From Candidatus Hodarchaeota archaeon (GTDB lineage Archaea; Asgardarchaeota; Heimdallarchaeia; Hodarchaeales; Hodarchaeaceae): a DNA stretch of 64,000 nucleotides. The notes under the pieces were generated by a model, which was given only the letters and a program-made list of their open reading frames with translations, ran no database searches and was not told the origin of the DNA. The position numbers were made by a program, and so were the translations under genes. Positions 1 to 10,694 of the stretch are shown here, piece after piece. The stretch is taken from contig JAHQWW010000004.1 of NCBI GenBank assembly GCA_029856365.1, forward strand, positions 50,580 through 114,579, in the 5' to 3' direction. The number at the start of each line of letters is the position of its first letter. Positions within the stretch are counted from its first letter, which is position 1.

Positions 1-66
1 TGCTGCTGTTCTTTTCAGAATTTAATATTATAATCTAGATTGAAAAACTTATAGAAATGCAATAAG

Positions 67-513
67 ATGAGAAGATTTTTTGATTCTCTTTTAATAAAAT
101 TTAGAGGTAAAACTATGGCTAAAACGAATGAACCTGTTGTTGTTTCTTCTAAAGTCTGGGCAATTCTTCTTGAAATTGAAGCATTAAGAATAAAAGAACA
201 TAAGTTAATTCGTAACCTTTGGTTCGATTTGAAGGAACACCATCATCGTAAAATCCATCAGATGGTGTTTGAGCAAGCTTTGCAGTCAAATTCTGCGTTT
301 CCTTCTGTCTCACGAAAAGAACTCGATGATTGGGTTTCGAAAAACATTACCACAGTATTTATAACATTAATTGAGCAAGGGGACATTATTGTTCAAGAGG
401 AAGAGCCAAGTAAACCTCGAAAGTGGTTGTTTCAGGGAGTGGAGAAAATTAAAAAGAAAATTGATGAGACTCGAGAAAAAAATGCTGCTGATCAGAAGAA
501 GACCTCAAAATGA
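67..513 (+). CDS. hypothetical protein (start probably ATG 115)
   Basis: 148-aa ORF; AGAGGT SD-like motif precedes ATG at 115; no family recognised. Confidence 0.6.
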   Translation: MRRFFDSLLIKFRGKTMAKTNEPVVVSSKVWAILLEIEALRIKEHKLIRNLWFDLKEHHHRKIHQMVFEQALQSNSAFPSVSRKELDDWVSKNITTVFITLIEQGDIIVQEEEPSKPRKWLFQGVEKIKKKIDETREKNAADQKKTSK

Positions 514-569
514 ATACAAATTTTAGATAGGCTAGACATCAAGCATTTTTCTCTTATTAACTACCGAAG

Positions 570-3278
570 ATGGAGGAAAATAAATTTCAATATTCATTTA
601 CTCAATTATTGAAAAATCCTCCTCCCCCAAAAAAACCAACAAAAATCCTCTTAGAAATCTTCTTCCAACTAAATTCATTGAAACTCAAACACTTGACATG
701 CAGCAATATTTTGCTTCAATTCATTAGCCTCCTTTTTTTCAGTCCAAAAAGTATTCCTTTTTCTAATGACGAACGATTCACTAATTGGAAAGAAGTATAC
801 GACTATTATGGTAACCCTGAACGTATTTTTCTTTCAATAGAAGATAAATTAATTCCTACTTCCATAAAAAGCTTATTTCTTAACAAAAATCATAATCAAG
901 ACGATAAATTGGTGGCAGATTGGTTAAATACAATTGATTGGGGTACTACTGCGGATTATCTTAGCAAGAATTATCGTTGGTTAAATGACTATTATGATTT
1001 AGAAACTAATGAAACAGATTTAATCACCTTAGAAATCTTTGATACTATTGCAGCTAGCTTGAAGAGAGACGAGTCCTCTTCGAAAAATTTGTGGGGGGAA
1101 GTTTATACTCCTTATCGATTTGCAGCCTATATAGCAAAAGAAAGCTTGATTCATTGGCTTAATAGCTGTTTCCAAGGAAACAAACATATCAATTTATTAA
1201 ATCAAAATGTGTCCGAACTAGATGAAGAGTCCAAATCTCTTCTTCTAAATAAGCTCGAGTCTATTAAAATATTAGATCCAGCAGCAGGTACAGGTGTTTT
1301 TCTACTTGCTGCTGCAAAATTGTTATTAAAAAAATTGAAGGAATTACAACCTAATGGATCCACCCAAAACTTGAAAACTCAGATATTGGAGAGAAATCTT
1401 TTTGGTGTAGATATAGATATCTTTGCTGTAACTATTTCTTTAATGAAATTCTGGTTGTGGGCTTGGGATCATAAGGATTTACATTCTTTTGTCCAAATTT
1501 CATTTAAATATAATTTTTATGAGGGTAATGCCCTTTTGGGGTTCCAAAACATGCCCACAGACTATAGAAAAAACAATCTGGCAAAGCAGCAGTTAGAAAA
1601 GCAAAAAAGCTTGCTTGACTACCAATATGATCAGAAAAATCTCAATCAATTTGCCATTTATAAAGTATCAAATCACCAAAGCTCTATTCAAGGACTAAAT
1701 CAGCTTTTTAAGTTCGCTCAAAGTCTTATTAAACATCATTCATTTAAATATTTCATTTTAGAGGGTGATCGTGTTCTCTGGAATAGTGAAAAAGATAGCT
1801 TAAACAAGAATGTATTGAAGAAAACTCGATTTTCCGCTTCAAATTCATGTTCTTCAAATTACAATCTCTATGCTGTTTTTTCACCTTCATTAAATGCGAA
1901 AGAAGAAGAAACAATAACATCTACACTTTTAGAATGTAAAAAATATTCCATCCCCAAAAAGTTTCATTGGATTTATTTTGGACCATATACTCCTAAGTTC
2001 GATTTGATTATCGGCAATCCTCCATTTGTAGCATTAACTGATATGACGATGATTTCACGAAAAATGCTACGAAGAGAATATCCAAATATTTATACAGGTA
2101 ATAATGATCTTTCTTACTTCTTTATTACTCGTGCTCTATCGGCCTTAAGAACTGATAATGGAATTTTATCATTTATTCTCCCAAAATATCTATTACACAG
2201 TGTATATGCTAGAAAAATCAGGAATTTGATAGTCCGATCAGCAAAAATTCTTGAAATTCATGATTTAGCAGAATTTGCCCTGTTTAAAAATACGAGTATA
2301 AAAAATATTATTTTACATTTAAAGAGAGGCAGAATCCGCTCTAATGATATATTTATCTATTATAAATATCGAAAAAAGAAATCTCAAGCCTATAGGGAAG
2401 TCTGTAACATTCAGCAGTCCAATCTTAAATCAGAAAAGTGGATACTACTTGATCCTCCTAAGTTAAATCTTCTCAATCGCATTAGAAAGAATTCTAATAT
2501 GAGACTGAAGGACGTAGCTTATATTAGTAAAGGAATCGAAACTGGTTGCGATCGTATTTTTGCACCTAAAGAGCCATTCTATTTTTCTAGGATATTAAAG
2601 GTCAATCAAATCCATATTAAACCTTGGATCAAAGGAAAAGACATTAAACGATTTTCAATATCTAGCACAGGAAGAGAGGTTCTTTTTGCTCCCTGTTATC
2701 GTAAACATGAAATTATAGCAAATAAGAAAATCTTAAACTATCTTAAACAAAACAAAAAATTATTATTAAATAGAAGCCGCGTTTTTAAATTTTACCTTTG
2801 GCGATCTGGGGATGAAAGAAAGACAATGAAGTGGGATACCCGTAAAATTGTTTCTCCCTATAAGGCCACTCAAAATACCTTTGCAATCGATTTAAAAGGC
2901 AGTCTTTCCTCAAAAGATGTTGTTTGGATAATTCCTAATGAAAAATTCTCTAAAAAAGATTTTATTCTGTTTTTAGTTGCTATTTTGAATTCTGAAGTGT
3001 TAACCTTCTTTGCCCTGAATTCTATCAAAGATCTTGGAGGTCTCTATGAATATTATCCAAAACAAATCCAGGATTTTCCCTTGGTTATTCCAAAATTCAA
3101 TACACCAGAGTATAAATCCATTTGTGATCTTACTTCCAAGATATTGAAGAGTCAAAATGACATAAAAAAAATGAAATCAGAACGGAGATTAAATGAAATT
3201 ATCTTTAAATTATATTGTCTTTCTCAAGAAGAAATAGATCTTTTAGAGGAGTGCAATCATCAGTGTTTCCAGAAATAA
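570..3278 (+). CDS. gamma-class N6-adenine DNA methyltransferase (Eco57I/TaqI-like) with C-terminal target recognition domain
   Basis: Motif X GEVYTP, motif I ILDPAAGTGVF, GVDID, motif IV IIGNPPF; TaqI_C-like C-terminal region (LVAILNS...YYPKQIQDFPL). Confidence 0.9.
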   Translation: MEENKFQYSFTQLLKNPPPPKKPTKILLEIFFQLNSLKLKHLTCSNILLQFISLLFFSPKSIPFSNDERFTNWKEVYDYYGNPERIFLSIEDKLIPTSIKSLFLNKNHNQDDKLVADWLNTIDWGTTADYLSKNYRWLNDYYDLETNETDLITLEIFDTIAASLKRDESSSKNLWGEVYTPYRFAAYIAKESLIHWLNSCFQGNKHINLLNQNVSELDEESKSLLLNKLESIKILDPAAGTGVFLLAAAKLLLKKLKELQPNGSTQNLKTQILERNLFGVDIDIFAVTISLMKFWLWAWDHKDLHSFVQISFKYNFYEGNALLGFQNMPTDYRKNNLAKQQLEKQKSLLDYQYDQKNLNQFAIYKVSNHQSSIQGLNQLFKFAQSLIKHHSFKYFILEGDRVLWNSEKDSLNKNVLKKTRFSASNSCSSNYNLYAVFSPSLNAKEEETITSTLLECKKYSIPKKFHWIYFGPYTPKFDLIIGNPPFVALTDMTMISRKMLRREYPNIYTGNNDLSYFFITRALSALRTDNGILSFILPKYLLHSVYARKIRNLIVRSAKILEIHDLAEFALFKNTSIKNIILHLKRGRIRSNDIFIYYKYRKKKSQAYREVCNIQQSNLKSEKWILLDPPKLNLLNRIRKNSNMRLKDVAYISKGIETGCDRIFAPKEPFYFSRILKVNQIHIKPWIKGKDIKRFSISSTGREVLFAPCYRKHEIIANKKILNYLKQNKKLLLNRSRVFKFYLWRSGDERKTMKWDTRKIVSPYKATQNTFAIDLKGSLSSKDVVWIIPNEKFSKKDFILFLVAILNSEVLTFFALNSIKDLGGLYEYYPKQIQDFPLVIPKFNTPEYKSICDLTSKILKSQNDIKKMKSERRLNEIIFKLYCLSQEEIDLLEECNHQCFQK

Positions 3279-3299
3279 ATTTACATTAAATATGTTAAA

Positions 3300-5576
3300 T
3301 CATGATTTCTTATCATTTCTAACCGATAAGAAATCAAAATACTCCAGAGCCTTATTGAAGTAGCTTTGTTCCAACAGAGGATGAGCTTTCAAAGTTATGA
3401 TGAACTCTTCTCTGGTCAATTTATAGACTAAGGCAGCAACAGCATCGATAGCAGTAATAGAATCTTGGTAATCCGCTTCTAATCGAGCTTTTGCAAGGGA
3501 GGAAGAGGCCTCCATTTTTCGTCTTGCCCATTCCCTTCCTAGGGGAATAAAACTTTTAACAATAGAAACCATTTTTTGGTGAAATTCTTTATTAGGATCG
3601 AACAAAGGAACAGGCATACTATCCATAATATACTGATTGATGTTTATCCCATAGCAAAGCTGGCGTATTCTAAACTCGAAAGGGATAGAACACATAATCC
3701 CAGCTAAATAGAATTCCACGTTAGTAATGCTTGGAAGATTATAGAGACAAATCACACTATTCGAAATAACGGATTTTGGTGGAAGAATGGCAATTCGCAT
3801 TCGCCTGCGTCTGTGATTTCCTGAAAAATTTTTCCATACGATGATTGTTTGATCCCAAAATGAAATTTTCCTCTGATATTCCTTAAATGATCGAATCCAA
3901 TACCGAGGATATGTATCATCAAATCCTAACCGCACTAAATGACGTCCTTCTATAAGGGGATGTGGAGTGATATTTTTGATTAATAGATTCCTATCATTAG
4001 TCATATCAACTCCTCGTGACGTTTTGCAGCCCCATTTATTAGAGGAAAGGGGAGAAAATTTAGTCATCTTTCGATTTATTTTTAATTCAAGTTGATTTCG
4101 CACTGCTGGAACGATACATTCAGGGGAAGCAATAAGAATATCCTCCCGTGAAAAATAAATGAGATTTTCAGATGTTTTAGACAGATTCTTTACACTAATT
4201 TTGGATAAAGCGTCAGTAGAGGAAATTCCTTTAATAAATGGGAAAACCTCATCTGCAGTGCTTTTTTGAGCTAAAACAATAAGAATACTCAGGCCTGGTT
4301 CAGCATCAGGAAACATTTCCTTATTAGAGACGATTTCAATTATTAAATCAAGACGCATTTTCGTTATTAGCATTCGTCGTAAAGGTTGACTATAATACTC
4401 TCCCAAAAGTCCACCAGGAAGAATGATACCCAAAAAGCCATCAGAACTACAGAGATTATAAAATCGTTCAAGAAAGAGTTTAAATAAGTTTTTCTCGCCT
4501 GGTTGCCACTGAAAATACTTGTTAAAATATTCAGTAGTGTTTTTGTAAAATTCTTTCATTTTTAAATACTTGGAATGTGATTCAGTGTCTTTATCTCGAA
4601 TTGTCTTGATTTGATGTGAATAATTTGCTCCCTCAATAGCTGTAGATCCTAACCATTCTCGATCATAAAGCTTCCATTTGTCCCACGGAGGATTACCGAT
4701 AACTGCATTGAATCCATAGTCTTCAGAAAAAAAGACTTCGGGAAATTCTAATTCCCAGAGAAATGTGACCAATTCTTTATTCTTAGCTTTAAAAATAAAC
4801 GAAAAAAAAGGTATTATTGTCATCTGATCAAATAACTTGTTTGCCAGTTCAGCTTTATATTTCTCATTTTCTTTTAATATTATATCTACACTCCCATCAA
4901 AAGTTTTGTTCCAGTACATCTTTGACATTCGATCTCTTTGTAAAAGAAGAGTGCTAATTTCTGTAGAATACAGAGAAAATAACTTATTTCTCGCTTCACT
5001 GTTCATATGAATAGGAGAAATTAGTGAGTTTCCTGTTTTTAAATTAAATTTGACCGCAATCCGTGCTAATCTCGTTATTTCAGGTGTAGAAAATTCTTCT
5101 ATGATCTTATCACGAGCCTGATATACAATTTCTGGGTCAAGATCTACCCCATAAATCATCGATCTAATAATATGAAGTCTCCAAACATCTAATGTAAATT
5201 TATCTTTCTTCCCCACCATTAAAAAATCCATTGCTAATTTTTTTTGAAAATAAGTGCAAAAAAGATCTAAATAAGATGATGTTCGGGTTTTTTCCCATAA
5301 TTCGCTCAAAAATTCCTCAAAGAAATGAATCACTTCAACCAAAAATACTCCGTCACCCATGGCTGGATCTACAAAGCGTAAGGTTAGAACTTTATTAAGT
5401 AGGTTTGCGATAGTTGAATATTTAGTAGGATCTTCAAGAGAACGCCATGGTTTCCAAAAACACTCTGAAATAATCGACCCGCATACTTCATGGACTATTT
5501 GGCGTGCGATCATAGGATGGGTAAAAAACTGTCCGTGTTGTTTTTTTTTGACAAGAGTAGAGTGTTTATAAAACAT
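3300..5576 (-). CDS. gamma-class N6-adenine DNA methyltransferase (Eco57I-like MTase-TRD)
   Basis: Motif X GQFFTHP near the N-terminus, FVDPAMGDGVF, IYGVDLD, NLKTGNSL, FLWELEFPEVF, VIGNPPW. Confidence 0.9.
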   Translation of the reverse strand: MFYKHSTLVKKKQHGQFFTHPMIARQIVHEVCGSIISECFWKPWRSLEDPTKYSTIANLLNKVLTLRFVDPAMGDGVFLVEVIHFFEEFLSELWEKTRTSSYLDLFCTYFQKKLAMDFLMVGKKDKFTLDVWRLHIIRSMIYGVDLDPEIVYQARDKIIEEFSTPEITRLARIAVKFNLKTGNSLISPIHMNSEARNKLFSLYSTEISTLLLQRDRMSKMYWNKTFDGSVDIILKENEKYKAELANKLFDQMTIIPFFSFIFKAKNKELVTFLWELEFPEVFFSEDYGFNAVIGNPPWDKWKLYDREWLGSTAIEGANYSHQIKTIRDKDTESHSKYLKMKEFYKNTTEYFNKYFQWQPGEKNLFKLFLERFYNLCSSDGFLGIILPGGLLGEYYSQPLRRMLITKMRLDLIIEIVSNKEMFPDAEPGLSILIVLAQKSTADEVFPFIKGISSTDALSKISVKNLSKTSENLIYFSREDILIASPECIVPAVRNQLELKINRKMTKFSPLSSNKWGCKTSRGVDMTNDRNLLIKNITPHPLIEGRHLVRLGFDDTYPRYWIRSFKEYQRKISFWDQTIIVWKNFSGNHRRRRMRIAILPPKSVISNSVICLYNLPSITNVEFYLAGIMCSIPFEFRIRQLCYGININQYIMDSMPVPLFDPNKEFHQKMVSIVKSFIPLGREWARRKMEASSSLAKARLEADYQDSITAIDAVAALVYKLTREEFIITLKAHPLLEQSYFNKALEYFDFLSVRNDKKS

Positions 5577-5606
5577 TTGAGATTCCTATAATTCATTATG
5601 AGAGTA

Positions 5607-8189
5607 TCATTTAGCTTTTTGGATCCGCATTTGTACTAGATTCTTTAAATCATTGTATAAGTTATTTACCAATGCCTGTGAGAGTGAAAATAATCTCGCC
5701 ACATAATCGTTAGTAATTTGCTTTATTGATTTTGGGGTTCCTTGTAAGACAGAGAATGGAGAATAGTCTAAAAGCTGTGAAAAAGCGTGAAATATATCTT
5801 TTGAATAAGTCTTGACTAATAAATCGTAGTTAGGAATTTTAAGCAATTCATATTCATAAACTTTGATATCTAAACCGCCTTCACCCAAATTACTACGTCC
5901 CAAAAGTTCTAATTGTAAAGTGGTAAAAATAGAATTAAGGTACAAGAAATAACTAGTAAATAAGAGGTCACCTTGTTTAAATTTAGTATTAATAAATTGG
6001 ATACCATATAAACGAGCATCAAAATAAAAATCTTGCGGATTATAGAAAAATGGAAATCGGTCATTGATTGTCATGAGGCAAAGAAGGTTGAAGGACTCAT
6101 ATTCATGTGATGGTAGACTATACCAATTTTTCCGTGAACTACACGTTGGTCTTTGGTTGAATTTATTACCCACGGACGGAATCCATTTCTCTCCCCAACG
6201 AATGTATTTTCTTATGCCTGTTTTTAATCGATTAATGGGAGAAGGGGAAGCAATCAAAATAACTACAAAATTTAGGTCTTTTTCATGAATCTCATAATTT
6301 GTGAGACTCCGAGGGGATTTGACTAAATAATTAGGAACCCAAGTAGAACCATCGTTGTCTTTAAAAGAATACTCCCAAGAATATTTTTCTTGTCCAATAT
6401 CACGATGCATCCAATAATCCTTTTCAATGATGAACATCGGTTCACTTGGATGAAATCCTTGAGCTTTAAATTGCTTAATTACTAGCTCATCCTTTAAATA
6501 TAACATTAAATCTCCAGTGTCTGAATCCCAGCTAGATGTAAAGAATGCATTTGATTTACCTGGTTTACCCACATAAAAAAAGTCATTTGCTCCACTTGTA
6601 AACCCCCTTCGGACATGAGCCACTTCTCCCAATATAATTAGCTTTTCATCAAGCTTTTTTATTAGTTTGAAGTAGTCTATTGGAGCGCGAAAATATATTC
6701 CCCATTTAGATTTCGAGAAAAGCTCTTTTTGTTTCACAGAAACAACTTGAATCCTTGATGAGTAATCTTTGAGATGGGAAATCTTTTTATCAACCAGTAG
6801 TTCAAGATCTAATATGTTGTTAATTGATACAAAGTTAACCAAGTTTTCAGAGTTGGTAACTTCTTGATATGCCTCCATTTTCTTTCGTTTAAGCTTCAGG
6901 ATAGCTGTATTAACATCTGCAGTTGGAATAACCTTTTGTATTCTAGAATTAATAATAAATTCAATCAAATAATGGTCTAAAATGAATTGTTGGAGTTGTT
7001 GACCATAAACTACATCCAACCAAGAATTAGGAATAATTAATCCGACATTATCTTCTTCATCCAAGAGACTAGTTGCATGCACTAAAAAATAAACATATAA
7101 ACCTGATCTTCCTGATAATGAAGTTCTGCTATAAGAGGGGGTTGTTTCAATTTTTTGGAGATCTAACAGGATTTTCTCTTTTAAAAACTCCTTATATTCT
7201 GTTGTGAGTATCTCATGACGAGTATAGGGAGGATTCATTAATAACGTGGTCATCCCTGAGTTTTTCATTAACAATTCTAATGTTGAGGAGTCACAATTGA
7301 AGAAATCATAACGATAAATCCGCCAATCAGCCATGGAGTTTGGATTTATTAAAAGAAAATAATTGATAGCACTCTCTGCAATATCTGCTAAAACAGGGTC
7401 TAGTTCAACACCAATAAGCTCAATCTGATTGTACTGAATTGTTCTAGACTCAATTAAGACTCTTAAAGCACCTAAAAGGAATATTCCTGTTCCACATGCA
7501 GGATCGATAATTCTGGTGGTTTTTTCTGTTAAATTCTGTTTACAGATGAAATCTACAACCGGTAATGGTGTGAAGATTTGCCCTTGTAGTTGTTTTTGGT
7601 ACTCTGGGATTCCTATTTCGAATATATATGGTAGTAATAGCTGATTTCCGCTTTTAATATCCCCTCTAATTTTACAAATAAGATTAATGATTTCTAGACA
7701 AGAATCCCAGTCTTTAAACATGAAAATAAGAAGTTTATTAAGAGGAAAACCCTCATAATCCAAAATAGGGGTTTTCGGTTCAGATTTATTTGCTAATCTC
7801 CAAAGATTCTCTAAATAACCGACAAATTGATTTCGAGCTTCTTCTAAATTAGAGGAATCTTCTAAAGGGGACTGAATCAGGAGAGAAATTTTTTCTAGAA
7901 ATGAATTTAGCTCAGGAGTATTTTCTAACTTCTTCAATGAGAGCTGAATTTTATCATAAAGGAGAGTAATCAATATTTTTGATAGTGGTTGTACGAATTT
8001 TAAGGGCTTATTTTGCCATTCATTCCATGAAACCTCGTCTAAAACCTCATAAATTCGTTCTTGAAGTGGTAGTTGGTGAATGAATTGCTTTTGTATGTAA
8101 GTTTCCACTGAAGGGAGAAGAATTTGAAAAAAAGATAAAAAGTATTGTGGTTGCATTTTTCCAATTGACAACATTTCTGTGGATCTCAT
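5607..8189 (-). CDS. gamma-class N6-adenine DNA methyltransferase
   Basis: GQIFTP, IIDPACGTGIFL, GVELD, LMNPPY, VRRGFTSGANDFF, C-terminal GRSNLGEGGLDIKVYE. Confidence 0.9.
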   Translation of the reverse strand: MRSTEMLSIGKMQPQYFLSFFQILLPSVETYIQKQFIHQLPLQERIYEVLDEVSWNEWQNKPLKFVQPLSKILITLLYDKIQLSLKKLENTPELNSFLEKISLLIQSPLEDSSNLEEARNQFVGYLENLWRLANKSEPKTPILDYEGFPLNKLLIFMFKDWDSCLEIINLICKIRGDIKSGNQLLLPYIFEIGIPEYQKQLQGQIFTPLPVVDFICKQNLTEKTTRIIDPACGTGIFLLGALRVLIESRTIQYNQIELIGVELDPVLADIAESAINYFLLINPNSMADWRIYRYDFFNCDSSTLELLMKNSGMTTLLMNPPYTRHEILTTEYKEFLKEKILLDLQKIETTPSYSRTSLSGRSGLYVYFLVHATSLLDEEDNVGLIIPNSWLDVVYGQQLQQFILDHYLIEFIINSRIQKVIPTADVNTAILKLKRKKMEAYQEVTNSENLVNFVSINNILDLELLVDKKISHLKDYSSRIQVVSVKQKELFSKSKWGIYFRAPIDYFKLIKKLDEKLIILGEVAHVRRGFTSGANDFFYVGKPGKSNAFFTSSWDSDTGDLMLYLKDELVIKQFKAQGFHPSEPMFIIEKDYWMHRDIGQEKYSWEYSFKDNDGSTWVPNYLVKSPRSLTNYEIHEKDLNFVVILIASPSPINRLKTGIRKYIRWGEKWIPSVGNKFNQRPTCSSRKNWYSLPSHEYESFNLLCLMTINDRFPFFYNPQDFYFDARLYGIQFINTKFKQGDLLFTSYFLYLNSIFTTLQLELLGRSNLGEGGLDIKVYEYELLKIPNYDLLVKTYSKDIFHAFSQLLDYSPFSVLQGTPKSIKQITNDYVARLFSLSQALVNNLYNDLKNLVQMRIQKAK

Positions 8190-8234
8190 TATATCAACAA
8201 TTTGAAAGTAAATATTTTTCTCTTTCTTGGTTTT

Positions 8235-9002
8235 TTACTGATTTTCTAAAGGAAAAAATAAATCCAGTGGGGCAATCTTGGGAACCTCTGTCTCATAATA
8301 CATACATATCTCAGTCATTGGGCATAATGGACATTTCGGCTTCTGTGCTGTGCAAACTATTGCTCCCAGATCTAAGATACCCTGATTGATAAACCAAACG
8401 TTTCCTTTAGAAATGATTGTTTCAGAAAGCTTCCAAATCTCTTTCTCAAATATTACGTTTTTTTCCCACTTCCACAAACCGAAAATACGTCCTAGAACGC
8501 GTTCTACATTTACATCAACAATTGCAGCAGTTCTATCCTCCTTCTCAAAAGCAAAACTAAGAATCGCGCCTGCAGTATAGCGGCCAATACCTTTGAGGGA
8601 TAAAAGGTCATCCAAGTTACTAGGAAACTGTCCATTTCTCTCAAATGTAATTTGTTTAGCAATTTCATGTAAATATTCACCTCTTCGTTTGTACCCCAAT
8701 TGATCAGTGATTTCTTTAATCTCTTTAAGAGGCGAATGAGCCAACCTTTGAATAGTTGGGAACTGTTGCAAGAATTTATTGTATATGGGAACGACAATTT
8801 CTACATTAGTCTGTTGAAGCATAATTTCGCTGACAAGAATTTTGTAAGGATCTCGAGTACGACGCCAAGGTAAATCACGACCGTTTTGTACAAACCATTC
8901 AACGAGGGCCTTGACAAAAAATGCCAATCGTTGGCTTTGTATATCGTTAAGAAAAGACACCCTTTTCTTAAGTGATTTTTGTGCTTTCTTCTGACTTGTC
9001 AT
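8235..9002 (-). CDS. mutY: HhH-GPD A/G-specific adenine glycosylase, MutY-like, short form with no C-terminal 8-oxoG domain
   Basis: RDLPWR, VSEIMLQQT, HhH LKGIGRYTA, VDVNV, [4Fe-4S] motif C-x6-C-x2-C-x5-C; only 255 aa. Confidence 0.85.
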   Translation of the reverse strand: MTSQKKAQKSLKKRVSFLNDIQSQRLAFFVKALVEWFVQNGRDLPWRRTRDPYKILVSEIMLQQTNVEIVVPIYNKFLQQFPTIQRLAHSPLKEIKEITDQLGYKRRGEYLHEIAKQITFERNGQFPSNLDDLLSLKGIGRYTAGAILSFAFEKEDRTAAIVDVNVERVLGRIFGLWKWEKNVIFEKEIWKLSETIISKGNVWFINQGILDLGAIVCTAQKPKCPLCPMTEICMYYETEVPKIAPLDLFFPLENQ

Positions 9003-9187
9003 CTTATATTGCTCTAATTCATGAAAGTTTTTTAGAGATCTTTCTTGATTTAATACATTGAAAGATAATACTACCCCAGTTATTTATTTTTTTTATTTTC
9101 AGTTTTTTAATACGAGTGTGGAGTTAAGTCATCACGAAAAGAATGCTTAAAAACACGAAAAATCGTTACTTTTTTTAATCTTGGAGG

Positions 9188-10027
9188 ATGAATACCACAA
9201 TGAACGAGAAAAAAGAAAGTACCACGAAGAAGTTAGGGAGATTTTTAGGTAAAAAAGCGGTTGATGCTGGACATATTATTGATAGAGAAATTAGAAAAGC
9301 GGGTAAAATAGCTAGGGATGAATTTAAGGAATTTGATGTTGGAAATATAGTAGTAAAGCCAACAGAACGACCTAAAGATGAGTCAGTAGTTCATTTTACT
9401 CGTCGTGCCCGCCCAACAAAGACCTATACACAAGCAAACCGTACAGTCCAGTTTTTCTCGCGTAATCCTGACAAAAAGGAAATGAATCCTGGGATTGATG
9501 GACTTGTGAGTTTTTCGATTCTTATAGCTCCCTTTGCACTGCTTATTGGTGCTTTAATCATTTTTACGAATTTTGATGAATTATTAGCAATATTATTGTT
9601 ATTCCTCTATGCAATTCTTATTGCAATCCCTGGAGCATACCTTGGAATTGATGCTATATTTGCAGGGGCACGATCCGTGATTAAGGGGGGAACAACAACA
9701 GTAATAACAATCTTTCGTGGTTTTTTTGAATTCTTATCTCTTATGGTACAAGGAATAACTGAATTATTAATCCTTGTATTAAATGGACTATTTGGGTTTG
9801 CTAAGGGAGCCTTTGATACTTTAGCTGATTATATTGTGTTTATTGGTGTGTATACTCTATTTGCAATTGCAATTTATTTCGTTCTTCAACTTCTAAATAT
9901 CACTCAAATTTCTGGCTCTTTTATTGTATTAGGATTCTTAGTTTTATTACCAGCTCTCCTCCCTGCGAGTATTGCCCATCGTTATTGGTTACTTTGGAGA
10001 TTGAATCGAGAATCAGCTTCTAGATGA
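9188..10027 (+). CDS. hypothetical integral membrane protein with a charged N-terminal domain
   Basis: GGAGG SD just upstream; about 100 hydrophilic aa, then several hydrophobic segments. Confidence 0.75.
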   Translation: MNTTMNEKKESTTKKLGRFLGKKAVDAGHIIDREIRKAGKIARDEFKEFDVGNIVVKPTERPKDESVVHFTRRARPTKTYTQANRTVQFFSRNPDKKEMNPGIDGLVSFSILIAPFALLIGALIIFTNFDELLAILLLFLYAILIAIPGAYLGIDAIFAGARSVIKGGTTTVITIFRGFFEFLSLMVQGITELLILVLNGLFGFAKGAFDTLADYIVFIGVYTLFAIAIYFVLQLLNITQISGSFIVLGFLVLLPALLPASIAHRYWLLWRLNRESASR

Positions 10028-10066
10028 AATTAACTTACCCTAATTCCATTCAAGGAGTTCGATAAA

Positions 10067-10531
10067 ATGGTTATTACAACATTAGATAATATTGACGAAA
10101 TGATTATTCGTTCTTTAAGTCAAGACGGTAAAGAATCATATACAAAGATAGCCAACAAGTTAGGGGTCTCAGCCCAGACAATATCTGACCGTGTGGAAAA
10201 ATTAAGGAAGAAAAAGATAATAAAAGGTTTTACTATTGAAGTGGATCCCGAAAAAGTAGATTATCCGATCGAGTTCATTTGTGAATTGGATATTGATGCC
10301 AGTGTAATGGACGATGTGCTCGCTGTGTTGGAACAAATTGAAGAAATACATGTCATCAAGATTACCACAGGAATCCATGATATCTTATGCATTGGAAATG
10401 CTCAGAATATTGAAAATCTACACAATATTATCGAAAGAAAGATATCTACCATTCTGGGAGTAAATAAAACCTATACTTCGATTACTTTAAAGAAAATAAA
10501 GCAAAATCAAATCCTGAATTTTAATGTCTAA
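10067..10531 (+). CDS. Lrp/AsnC family transcriptional regulator
   Basis: LDNIDEMIIRSLSQDGKESYTKIANKLGVSAQTISDRVEKL HTH; TTGIHD in a RAM-type domain. Confidence 0.93.
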   Translation: MVITTLDNIDEMIIRSLSQDGKESYTKIANKLGVSAQTISDRVEKLRKKKIIKGFTIEVDPEKVDYPIEFICELDIDASVMDDVLAVLEQIEEIHVIKITTGIHDILCIGNAQNIENLHNIIERKISTILGVNKTYTSITLKKIKQNQILNFNV

Positions 10532-10694
10532 TCATGAATTATTATGAAATATTTAGCCTTTTAAAACGAATTAAATATCCAATTTTTATCATAGATCAAT
10601 TATAACTCCAATTGTTGAGCAAAATATGCCAAATTAGTCAAGTTTAAAAATTAAAAAGTGAATCACAGCGAAAAATAATAGGAAAGAAAAGAAA

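Noticed and set aside
570-8189. Calling the MTase cluster BREX, DISARM or a complete type I/IIG restriction-modification system
   Set aside because: No PglZ, BrxC, DrmAB or HsdR/S gene and no recognisable nuclease motif in the window
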